From IMG/VR virus record IMGVR_UViG_3300045146_000214, positions 1 to 64,000 of that record: a stretch of 64,000 bases of DNA; one strand, written 5' to 3'. A program made the position numbers and the translations under genes. Numbering within the stretch: position 1 is the first letter of the stretch; each line of letters begins with the position of its first letter. The notes under the pieces are model-generated. The model made no database searches. It was not told the origin of the DNA and saw only the letters and a program-made list of their open reading frames with translations. The DNA is from a virus. This document shows, piece after piece, positions 28,304 through 37,546 of the stretch.

Positions 28304-29755
28304 TCAATTATTAATAATGTTCTTCACAACATCATACAATTGACCGTTACTATCAATGTCAACTACGGAAACTCTATTCTTACCAAATGTTTCCTTGTAT
28401 ATCTCAACACGTTCTTGACTATGTGATATGGTATTACTATCATCATCATAAAAATCATACACTGTCACCGCACCTTCTTTGTTCATTCGTAATGCTCTGC
28501 CTATTTTTTGAATTACCGGAATATCTGTTTTTGACCCACTGGCATTAATCATTACTGCAAAACCACCACGAATGTCAATACCAACACCAAGCACTTGTTC
28601 GTTTCCTAACAGTATTTTTGATTTGCCGCTTTCAAAATCTGCAATCATTTCTTTTCGTTCAGACAACGGCGTTTCTCCACACAGATATGGTGTATGTAAT
28701 ATTTTTGAGAGAAACTCTCCATGGTCTTTTCTACGCACTAAAATAAACACTTTGTCGTTAGTATGCTTCTTCACCAATGAAACAATAAGCATGTTGCGAT
28801 ACACGTTGTAGACATATACTCTATTTTCAACTGCCGTCCACGCATTTGCCGAGTCCAACTTATCTTCATTTTGTTTATCTATGATACTTTTTTCACTACG
28901 ATTGCGCACCATAACGATTGTCGGCTCTGCCAAAACTTTTTCATCACGGTCAAGCAACTCTGACACCTTCAATTCATACAATAGTTTACCATATTGACCT
29001 ATCAATGTCAAATATTCAACAGATTTTGGCGAATGGAACGTTGCGGAAAAACCAAATTTATTATAGGCATTGGTGCATTTCTTAATAACACTTTCATAGC
29101 TTTTCGCCACAGCAGTATGAATTTCGTCAACAATAACCAATTTATAGTCGCTATAGTTAGTTATTTTGTCGGAAGATTGTACAAGCAGAATACATACTTG
29201 ATGATTTTGATATTCAACATCCGATTCTGAGTGGATTAAATCACAGTCTATGCCCCATTCGGATAATCTTGCATATAGCTGTTCAGCAAGATTTTTTCGG
29301 TGTACAAGCACAAGTGTTTTGGTATTATACAATTTTATGAGTGTTGAGAAGATAACGGTTTTGCCTGAAGATGTTGGAGATTTGATTAAACCGTTACCGT
29401 TGTTAAGACAGGAAAGAATACAGTCTTTTTGATAGTCGCGTAACTGTATGTCTTTTGGAATTTCACTTTCGTGAAACTGCGGCATTATCAACTCACAATT
29501 GGATTTGATGGAAACTTCACAGCCATTTTCACTCAGGAAGTCAGCAACAAAAGGACTCAAACATTGGAGAAATCTATTCGTCTTTAAAGAAAAGAAATGT
29601 TTTTTACCGTCCCATATCCTATTTTTATATGCCTGTGACCATATTGCATTTAGGCATTTGACTGACAAGAAGTCATCAAGTTGTCTTGCCAATTCATTGC
29701 TTATTATGGGAATTCGCGCCCAATAAGCATTCTCTATAATGATTTGTATTTTCAA
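28304..29755 (-). CDS. SF2 helicase (UvsW-like)
   Basis: LRDYQ, SPTSSGKT, DEIH, FSAT, GVGIDI, IQKIGRALR, VYDFYD. Confidence 0.9.
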   Translation of the reverse strand: MKIQIIIENAYWARIPIISNELARQLDDFLSVKCLNAIWSQAYKNRIWDGKKHFFSLKTNRFLQCLSPFVADFLSENGCEVSIKSNCELIMPQFHESEIPKDIQLRDYQKDCILSCLNNGNGLIKSPTSSGKTVIFSTLIKLYNTKTLVLVHRKNLAEQLYARLSEWGIDCDLIHSESDVEYQNHQVCILLVQSSDKITNYSDYKLVIVDEIHTAVAKSYESVIKKCTNAYNKFGFSATFHSPKSVEYLTLIGQYGKLLYELKVSELLDRDEKVLAEPTIVMVRNRSEKSIIDKQNEDKLDSANAWTAVENRVYVYNVYRNMLIVSLVKKHTNDKVFILVRRKDHGEFLSKILHTPYLCGETPLSERKEMIADFESGKSKILLGNEQVLGVGIDIRGGFAVMINASGSKTDIPVIQKIGRALRMNKEGAVTVYDFYDDDSNTISHSQERVEIYKETFGKNRVSVVDIDSNGQLYDVVKNIINN

Positions 29756-29791
29756 TTATATAACCCATTAAAATAAAATGTTGACGAAAAT

Positions 29792-29820
29792 TTGACACAA
29801 TTTCTACTTTTCGTTATAAT
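29792..29820 (+). promoter_or_regulatory. Perfect consensus sigma70 promoter
   Basis: TTGACA (29792-29797), 17 bp, TATAAT (29815-29820). Confidence 0.9.
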
Positions 29821-29896
29821 TAAAACGCAGAAGCAGAAGCAGATAGCTCACGCTTGGGAAAAACAATACTATACAGAACATTAATGTACTTTAGTG

Positions 29897-29986
29897 TACA
29901 GATTACAGATTACAGAGTACAGAGTACAGAGTACAGAGTACAGAGTACAGAGTACAGAGTACAGAGTACAGAAGAAGAGTACAGAT
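29897..29986. repeat. Intergenic 7-bp tandem array TACAGA(G/T/A) x11 plus one detached unit
   Basis: Counted directly; lies at the strand switch. Confidence 0.95.
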
Positions 29987-30105
29987 GCTCCGCTTGAGAG
30001 AATATATATTAAGAATAATCATTAAAGTTCTTTAATGTACTGTATAGTATTAACTTCCGAAACTTGTGGTAATCTATAACAATATACACAATATGGAGTA
30101 AAATC

Positions 30106-30741
30106 ATGTTGGAAAAAATTTATACGCAAAATAAGCTCGATACGAAAGAAAAGTTTGTTGACTATTACAACTCTAAGTTTCGAGCAAGAGCAGCACAGGA
30201 ACATTCGCCGGTGTTCTTTAAAATTTCTGTCAATGGTAAGATGAAAACTCATATTCAAAAGATATGGGACTTTTTTACCATGTTTCCAGAAATTGATTTG
30301 CGTCATTATACGGATTGTGTGTTTCAATACAGTGAAGACTTGAATGGATGTTTGCCGCATAGATTCCTTTCAAAGAAGTATGTTTTGCGTTATAGTAAGT
30401 ATATTCAAGATAAGAACCATCAAGTAACCAACAAAGATCATTTGCATTTATTGGTTGAACTTGAACTTAAAAACTTTTTGGATGAGCTTATAAAAGGAAA
30501 GAAGAAATACATGGATATGTTTAATGGTGTGTTTCCGTTAGCTTCTTCAATTTCACTTTATAACTTTCCTCCTGTTTCTATTCTGGCAATATCAAAAAGC
30601 TATATGCGCTATTACCTTAATGCAAACGATAAAACATTACCAAATCCTGAAGCGTTGTCGTATATTGTATGCATTGTTAAGCAATATCCAGAATTGCTGA
30701 ATAAACTTAAACAAATAATTGGTGACGACTTTACCATATGA
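30106..30741 (+). CDS. Hypothetical protein
   Basis: GGAG RBS; first gene of the plus-strand arm. Confidence 0.75.
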   Translation: MLEKIYTQNKLDTKEKFVDYYNSKFRARAAQEHSPVFFKISVNGKMKTHIQKIWDFFTMFPEIDLRHYTDCVFQYSEDLNGCLPHRFLSKKYVLRYSKYIQDKNHQVTNKDHLHLLVELELKNFLDELIKGKKKYMDMFNGVFPLASSISLYNFPPVSILAISKSYMRYYLNANDKTLPNPEALSYIVCIVKQYPELLNKLKQIIGDDFTI

Positions 30742-33700
30742 TATATAAGAAACTGTTTGAAACTCCAGATAAATTGTATCTTGATGATGGCGGCGTTGTG
30801 GTGTTTGCCGCCAAGAATAACATTACGTTTATTACGCAAGGTGATAGTTACGCATTTTGTCAGAATGGAACATACGTCCCAATTCCGTATGCCTCGATAA
30901 GTGACACACCATATAAACTTGCGCAACCAGTTCGTATTGTAGTAGTTGATAAAAATGTTGTTGTTTTTCAAAAAGATATTAATATCAATGATAAAATGTT
31001 AATGTCATCACCCGAAGAAAAAACTAAGATGTTATCACATATTAATTTTCTTGAATTTTTGAATAAACTGGAAAATGATGAAGGTTTAATACCAAAATTT
31101 GTAAAAGGTGAAAATATACAGGGAAGAGTTTTTACAAATTATAAGACAATTTCTCTTTGGCATACTGTTAGTTTTGATTGGATGTTAAAGTTTTACAGCG
31201 TGTTCAAGAATGTTGCTGAACGGTATTATAATGTCAATGTTGATGAAAATTGGGATTTTGAAATTCCTAATAAGGTAACGACCTATATGAAAGGTTATAC
31301 TAAGTATAAGATTTCATCGTTGCATAATAGTAAAGAGAGAGTGGCGCTTATTAATGATGCTTATAAGAACCAGCCAAGCTATTATGATGATAGTTATAAT
31401 CGAAAAGTTAGTGGTTTGTTAAAGGAAACAAAACAAGAGCGTTTTTTACGACTGCTTGAAAATCCAGATATATTTTATGTTATAGGTGACGCTGGCAACA
31501 TTACTGACAGATTGTATTTTGATGAGAGTGATGATAATATTACGTTTATTGCTTGCGGAAAAAGTATTGTGTTTGTTAAAAACTTTAATTATTATGATGA
31601 TTCTTCTGCGCCATTTTATGTGATTGTTAATAACGGAAAATTTCTCGATAAAGGATATATTACTGAAAAGAAATTTCCCAAATTTGGTTCAAACAATTAT
31701 GGTAATCATTCGCGTGGTGATGTTATTGGTATAACACATTGGAACATTGGTTCTTTTCTTGACAACTACAAACAATACAATAAAAAATTCGTCGAAGATT
31801 TTTTAAATCACGAGACGCCTATACAAGGAAGAATATTTCCACTATATAATGCAGTATCACTATGGAAGCAAGTTTCTTCATCTTGGGCAAAAACGTTTTA
31901 TGATATATTTTTAAGAGTTGCGGAGAATTTTTCGCTAGAGTTTGATGATGATTGGTTTATAGAAATTCCGAGTTCTTCATATAACATAGAACAAAAGAAT
32001 TATGTTCTTAAAAGATTTTCTGAGATAATTGATGATACTAACTCTAAAAATAATGTCAATTTTGGAAGTTGGAAGTCTATGGAGCCGCCAGAAGGTATAG
32101 ACCTATATGCATGGAAGGAAATTAAGAGAGCCGGTAGTGAGTATGTTGTTAATCTTTTACAAGTGATGAACCGTTACAAGAAAGAGAAACCGAAAGTATG
32201 GAAGAAATATGTGGAATATATTAACGATACATATAAAATGCAGCCGAGCTATTACAGTGATAATCTGAACCGCATGGCTGATGAAATGTTTCTGTTGGAG
32301 GATACGTTAAAAGATTGGTCATCGTCTGTTCAAAAATATGATATGCTTGTTAAGGCACTAGAAGTCATAAAGATAATCAACCAATATGGAAAAGCATATA
32401 TTGTTGGTGGTTCAGTGCGCGATATACTTATGGGCAAAGAACCAAACGATATTGATATTGCAACAACATTGTCAACACAAGAGATAAAAGAGATTTTTCA
32501 AGATAGTTCTGATAATATCGGCCAATCGGAAAAATTTGGCATTGTAATGGTAAAATACCAAAATTATAATTTTGAGATTGCACAATTACGTAATGATGGT
32601 GAATATTCTGATGGCCGTCGTCCAGAAACAGTAGAGCTTGGCGTTTCGGAAAAAGAAGATGCAGCGCGGCGAGATTTTACTATTAATTCAATGTTGATTG
32701 ATGTTGATGGAAATATTCTTGATTATTTTGGTGGCCAAACAGATATTCAAAATAAGAAAATAAGAGCAGTGGGCAATGCGAATGATAGGTTTAAAGAGGA
32801 CAAATTAAGAATTATGCGCGCTATACGGTTTGCCTCTCGCTTAGGTTTTGAAATTGAACCAGATACATTCAATGCCATTAAAGACAATGCCAATGCTATT
32901 ACAAATGTTTCTGTAGAACGCATTACAAAAGAACTTGTCAAAATGGCTGAACAGACTGGTGATAAGTTTGCCGATGCTATTGTTACTCTCAAGGATGCAG
33001 GAATTCTCCAAAAGATAATTCCAGAAATTGTAGAAATGGAAAAATTTGATCAATCTTTAAAACATCATCCAGAAGGCGCAAAAGTAAAGAACATTATTAC
33101 GAATGTGATTGAGGACTATAATCCACAAAATCAAGAGCATTTGGATGATACCAAGTATTTAATGGTAAAAAAGGGCAACGTGTTAGATCATACTTTGGCT
33201 GCGTTACGCCAAAACAAGATTGCAGATCCTATTATCAATCTTTCAATTCTTCTTCACGATGTGGGTAAGATAAAAACATTCAAAATGTCAGAGGATGGTA
33301 AGATGCGTTATTTGTATCATGCTGAAGTTGGTGTTAATGTGGTTAATGACATTTGTGATAGACTTAAAATTGATAATAAAACTCGTCGGGCGATTGTATT
33401 TGCGACGTTAAATCATATGAAAATGCACGAAGTATTAAATATGCGCACGTCAAAAATATATAATCTCATTCAAAATGAAGATTGGGATGTGCTATATGCT
33501 GTGACCTATTGTGATGATATTTGTAGAAAAGGTGCCAACACTCGATGGGATGAAGTTGGGAAAAAGATAGAAGAGTTGGTAAGAAAGTTTAAAGACTCAA
33601 AAGCAATTAAAGATGTAGTAAATGGTGAACTGGTTATGAAAACGCTCAATATACCACCTGGTAAAAAGGTTGGATACGTTATACAAAAAACAATTAATTG

Positions 33701-33782
33701 GATACTTGATAAAAACATTGATATTCACAATGTTGATGCTATAACTAGGCACATGCGCCAATACAAAAACATTACGATATGA
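30738..33782 (+). CDS. cca: CCA-adding tRNA nucleotidyltransferase with HD domain and two tandem N-terminal domains of unknown function
   Basis: AYIVGGSVRD..DIDIAT, DAARRDFTINS, RFKEDKLRIMRAIRFA, SVERI..EL, HHPEG, LLHDVGK. Confidence 0.9.
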   Translation: MIYKKLFETPDKLYLDDGGVVVFAAKNNITFITQGDSYAFCQNGTYVPIPYASISDTPYKLAQPVRIVVVDKNVVVFQKDININDKMLMSSPEEKTKMLSHINFLEFLNKLENDEGLIPKFVKGENIQGRVFTNYKTISLWHTVSFDWMLKFYSVFKNVAERYYNVNVDENWDFEIPNKVTTYMKGYTKYKISSLHNSKERVALINDAYKNQPSYYDDSYNRKVSGLLKETKQERFLRLLENPDIFYVIGDAGNITDRLYFDESDDNITFIACGKSIVFVKNFNYYDDSSAPFYVIVNNGKFLDKGYITEKKFPKFGSNNYGNHSRGDVIGITHWNIGSFLDNYKQYNKKFVEDFLNHETPIQGRIFPLYNAVSLWKQVSSSWAKTFYDIFLRVAENFSLEFDDDWFIEIPSSSYNIEQKNYVLKRFSEIIDDTNSKNNVNFGSWKSMEPPEGIDLYAWKEIKRAGSEYVVNLLQVMNRYKKEKPKVWKKYVEYINDTYKMQPSYYSDNLNRMADEMFLLEDTLKDWSSSVQKYDMLVKALEVIKIINQYGKAYIVGGSVRDILMGKEPNDIDIATTLSTQEIKEIFQDSSDNIGQSEKFGIVMVKYQNYNFEIAQLRNDGEYSDGRRPETVELGVSEKEDAARRDFTINSMLIDVDGNILDYFGGQTDIQNKKIRAVGNANDRFKEDKLRIMRAIRFASRLGFEIEPDTFNAIKDNANAITNVSVERITKELVKMAEQTGDKFADAIVTLKDAGILQKIIPEIVEMEKFDQSLKHHPEGAKVKNIITNVIEDYNPQNQEHLDDTKYLMVKKGNVLDHTLAALRQNKIADPIINLSILLHDVGKIKTFKMSEDGKMRYLYHAEVGVNVVNDICDRLKIDNKTRRAIVFATLNHMKMHEVLNMRTSKIYNLIQNEDWDVLYAVTYCDDICRKGANTRWDEVGKKIEELVRKFKDSKAIKDVVNGELVMKTLNIPPGKKVGYVIQKTINWILDKNIDIHNVDAITRHMRQYKNITI

Positions 33783-35158
33783 AAGTAAAGAGAATAAATC
33801 CGACATGTTCTTTAAATGAACATATTGATAAAACGTTGTTCAATGATTTTTATTGTTGTTTGTATATCAACACTGCGTTTAAAGACCCAATGTTGAAGGA
33901 ATACTTTAAAAGAGAATTGGCATTGTTTCCAGATGTTAAAAAACACTATGAACAGTTACCGATTGTCTTTGCGCGAGAGCTTCTTGATGATATTATGCCG
34001 CCTGTTTTCTTGGAGTTCAGCCATGTTTTTGAACGCTTTAGCGGCATTGACAGCGTAGAAGATAGCTCAGAGTTGGATGCCCTTAAAAAAGTGTATGATT
34101 ATTCAAGTAATTATAGCCATGAAGAATTTATTGGTCTTAGTAAAGAGTTTCACAGTGCTTCTAAAAAACAAAAGGAACATGCTAAAATACAAAATGTGAT
34201 GAAGGGTATTGATAATCTTATTAACTACATAGAGATTAATAAAAATAATCTTCCAGGAAGTTTTGGTTATTCTTTGGAGTCCGTAAAACGTCTTAGGAAA
34301 AAAGGGAAATATGAGATTGTCCGACTAATGATAAGAACATTTTTAATACCTCAAGAATTTTCCGACGATAATCTTAAAAAGTATTCTGAATTATTAAAGA
34401 CAGTACCTTTTTATAATGATGATGATATTACAGAATATAAAAAAGAATACGATGAAAACATTCATTGGGATCAATATTATGGCGGTGAAGGATGGGGTGT
34501 TCTAGCGTGGTTGATGCTGCGATTAATGCGCTTTGTAGATGGAGTAGAAAGAACCAGTGATATATGGGAGCAAATATCATTATTAACGAATGCGATTATG
34601 ATGATACAACACAATTCAGGAAACATCATTGCGAAGTTTAAAAATTTTGAAGATACATGGCAACCAGGTATAAATATTAAGTCGTTTGCGGTTTCTGCCA
34701 GCGAGTTTTCACCTGTTTCCAATAAGGTTGAGAAAATTAAAGAGTTGGCCGAAAATGCCTTGAGACAGTATAAGAAACACAATGTTATATATGGTGAGAA
34801 GGCTGAAAATCCATTAATAAGAAGTAAGGTTGGTGAACAAATTGAGGCACTGACAACAGCGGTTAGAACCATTCTACAATATCGTTTACAAAACTCAAGA
34901 TTTAAAAATAACGATATTTCAAAATGGTTATTACAATATTTTCCAATCGTTGCTATTAAAAATATTTTTAGAGTAGGCATATCCAACATTAACAAAAAAT
35001 CAAAGGAAAAAATTGCTTATGATATATATGAACAGTTATGTGATATTGCTGGATTTTATAAATACAATTTAAAAAGTTGTGGTATAAAAGAAGTTATAAT
35101 AGATGCTGTTGTCGAAAAAACTATTGACATAATAATTAACAAGATAAAAAACAAATAG
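33779..35158 (+). CDS. Hypothetical protein (YGGExWG...QHNSG family)
   Basis: Long ORF overlapping the cca stop; shares a motif with the 1-602 ORF. Confidence 0.75.
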   Translation: MKVKRINPTCSLNEHIDKTLFNDFYCCLYINTAFKDPMLKEYFKRELALFPDVKKHYEQLPIVFARELLDDIMPPVFLEFSHVFERFSGIDSVEDSSELDALKKVYDYSSNYSHEEFIGLSKEFHSASKKQKEHAKIQNVMKGIDNLINYIEINKNNLPGSFGYSLESVKRLRKKGKYEIVRLMIRTFLIPQEFSDDNLKKYSELLKTVPFYNDDDITEYKKEYDENIHWDQYYGGEGWGVLAWLMLRLMRFVDGVERTSDIWEQISLLTNAIMMIQHNSGNIIAKFKNFEDTWQPGINIKSFAVSASEFSPVSNKVEKIKELAENALRQYKKHNVIYGEKAENPLIRSKVGEQIEALTTAVRTILQYRLQNSRFKNNDISKWLLQYFPIVAIKNIFRVGISNINKKSKEKIAYDIYEQLCDIAGFYKYNLKSCGIKEVIIDAVVEKTIDIIINKIKNK

Positions 35159-35258
35159 TCGTATATTTATTACATTACAATACAAAAGACAAAAAACTAT
35201 CCTATATTGAGGGTAGAATGGAAACAAACAAAAGGTAACGAGAACCAATGGAGAAACT

Positions 35259-36251
35259 ATGACAGAAAGAAATTTCAATGAAAAGGCGCTTAAGCAAAAG
35301 TATGAAGCAGCGAGAGGAAGAGCGATAACACCTCCCAGTGCGCCGGACAGTGCGCAAGATAATGCGCATAAACTACATGCCAGGCCGGACAGTGCGCAAG
35401 ATAATGCGCATGAACTACGTGCCAATGTTTCATCCCAAGAAACATCTAATATAAAAATTCCCGACAATCTTTCCGAACAAATGGGAATTACCTCACAAAA
35501 GAAACTCTATGACATTCCTACAATGAGTGTTGATCTTCCTTCTGGTGGTAGAATTTACGAAGGATTAATACCAGATGGTGTGATTAAGATTAAAGCATTA
35601 GAGCAAAAAGAAATAGATATACTCAATACAGACCATTTGAACAAGAAGAATATTGCATTTGATACTGCTATTGATAGTTGTATTTTGGAACCGAAGGTTT
35701 CTTCAAATGTGCTTATTTCAGCAGACAGAGTATATCTGCTTTTTAAGCTTTTTGAGTTAAGCAAAGGAACATCAGTGTATGACTTTACAGAAAAGTGTCC
35801 AAAGTGCGGTCAAAAGAATAAAATCAGTATTGACATTTCCGGTTTGGAAGTAAGGCGAATTAACTTGGCATCAAACAAGTTCAGTGTTCTGTTGCCGTTA
35901 TGTAAAAAGAACATTACATACCATCTTTTAACAGGAAATGAGCGAAAGGAAATTGAAAACAAGATTAAGATTTTGATGTCGCAAACTGCTGCATCAAAAC
36001 TTATTGATACGACTACAACTGAAACATTGATTAAGTCAATTGATGAAGTTGAAGGTGTGCCGCCAACACAAAAGGTTGAGTTCATTAAGCATCTTATTTA
36101 CGGCGACTCGGTGCGTTTGCGTGAACATATGAATGATAATACGCCTGGCATTAATCCAGTATATGAGTTTTCGTGTGTCAATTGCGAGTTCGAGGATAAA
36201 TTAATTATTCCAATAACGTCATCTTTCTTCTCGATGGCATCAAATATTTAA
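35259..36251 (+). CDS. Baseplate hub assembly chaperone (T4 gp26-like)
   Basis: VDLPSGGRIY, DRVYLL, CPKC, CVNC, IPITSSFF. Confidence 0.7.
   Translation: MTERNFNEKALKQKYEAARGRAITPPSAPDSAQDNAHKLHARPDSAQDNAHELRANVSSQETSNIKIPDNLSEQMGITSQKKLYDIPTMSVDLPSGGRIYEGLIPDGVIKIKALEQKEIDILNTDHLNKKNIAFDTAIDSCILEPKVSSNVLISADRVYLLFKLFELSKGTSVYDFTEKCPKCGQKNKISIDISGLEVRRINLASNKFSVLLPLCKKNITYHLLTGNERKEIENKIKILMSQTAASKLIDTTTTETLIKSIDEVEGVPPTQKVEFIKHLIYGDSVRLREHMNDNTPGINPVYEFSCVNCEFEDKLIIPITSSFFSMASNI
35342..35425. repeat. 42-bp tandem duplication (PDSAQDNAHxLxA x2)
   Basis: gccggacagtgcgcaagataatgcgcat at 35342 and 35384. Confidence 0.9.
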
Positions 36252-36263
36252 TGCCGATGAACA

Positions 36264-37064
36264 ATGTCGGCATCAATATTAAAGTTGCCTAGTGGTGGTT
36301 TGTTTAGTGGCATTGAAAGAGTTGTTGTGCATGACATAACATTGCGCAACTATCTTGAGTTACTCTCTAAAAGAAATAACGATATTGCCATTATTGAGTC
36401 ACTGATAATGGGATTTGTAATTCGTGATGAAGCTATTGTTAGTAAACTTCCGAACGTTGACAAAGAGTTCATACTGACAAATGTTTTTGCAGATAACTTT
36501 CGTGATACGTATAGTTTTATCTTTACATGTCCGGTATGTGAAAACAAAGTAACCGAGTCATTTTTCATACCGGACTATAAAGTATTCTATTTGGATGATG
36601 ATGATGGGAAGATGTTTACCTATCATATCAACAACAGGCAAATTTTCCTTCATCTTCCGCACACGCACAACACCAATATTGTTCTGGAAGATTATCTGCA
36701 TGTTAAAAGTCAAAATGAACAATTCAATGAGGATGAGAAACAAGAGCTTTTATCGTATATTATATCTGAGATAAACTTAAATATAGGCATACAAAAGAAT
36801 ACCTTTATGTATTGCCCGTTTTGTGGCGTTGAACTACCAGTCGAAAGACCGTGTGGTTCTATTCTTTTTAAGATGACGCCAGAGATTATCGAAATTGAAC
36901 GAAAGAACATACTTGAGTTGTTCAATTACTTTTCGTATGCGGCACATCAACCTATAGCAGGATTGATGGATTTAACATATAAAGATGTTTTGTTTATGTG
37001 GAAGCATTTTGTAGATATTAAGGAAAAAGAAGCAAAAGAATTTAATAAAGCGAGAAAGGCATGA
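36264..37064 (+). CDS. Second gp26-like baseplate assembly protein, possibly with a gp51-like C-terminus
   Basis: LKLPSGG, DKEFIL, CPVC, CPFC; paralogous to the upstream gene. Confidence 0.55.
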   Translation: MSASILKLPSGGLFSGIERVVVHDITLRNYLELLSKRNNDIAIIESLIMGFVIRDEAIVSKLPNVDKEFILTNVFADNFRDTYSFIFTCPVCENKVTESFFIPDYKVFYLDDDDGKMFTYHINNRQIFLHLPHTHNTNIVLEDYLHVKSQNEQFNEDEKQELLSYIISEINLNIGIQKNTFMYCPFCGVELPVERPCGSILFKMTPEIIEIERKNILELFNYFSYAAHQPIAGLMDLTYKDVLFMWKHFVDIKEKEAKEFNKARKA

Positions 37065-37546
37065 AGGTAGGAGAAATAGTTAAAACATTGTATATCATGC
37101 GAGGTATTCCTGGCAGCGGCAAAAGCACACAGGCGAAAAAACTTGTCGGCGCTGGAAAAATATTTTCCACGGATGACTTGATTGAAGCAACCGGAGATTA
37201 CAATGGCTTTTTCGCGTCCATGTCAGTAAAAGGAGATTTCACACCACTGCGTCAAATGCACGAACAAAACCTCAACAATGTAAAAGCAGCATTTGCGGAA
37301 GGCGTCTCACCAATAATTGTTGACAATACAAACTTATCGGCGCGAGAAGCTGCACCATATGTTAAGGCTGCAACTGAAAATAATTATGATGTAAAAATAA
37401 TTGATGTTGGTTTAGGTGGTGCCGATGCTGAAACACTGACAAAAAGAAATAAGCATAATGTCCCTCTTGAAGGAATTAAAAGAATGATAGACAAATACAA
37501 AACTTTAGGAAACTACACCATTGAGGATTGCCTATATGAAGGTTAG
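37061..37546 (+). CDS. P-loop kinase (AAA_33 / polynucleotide-kinase-like)
   Basis: LYIMRGIPGSGKST, STDD, IIVDNTN, RNKHNVP..I.RM. Confidence 0.85.
   Translation: MKVGEIVKTLYIMRGIPGSGKSTQAKKLVGAGKIFSTDDLIEATGDYNGFFASMSVKGDFTPLRQMHEQNLNNVKAAFAEGVSPIIVDNTNLSAREAAPYVKAATENNYDVKIIDVGLGGADAETLTKRNKHNVPLEGIKRMIDKYKTLGNYTIEDCLYEG

Noticed and set aside
29897-29986. CRISPR array or type III toxin-antitoxin RNA repeats
   Set aside because: The unit is only 7 bp with no spacers, far shorter than CRISPR or ToxI repeats.
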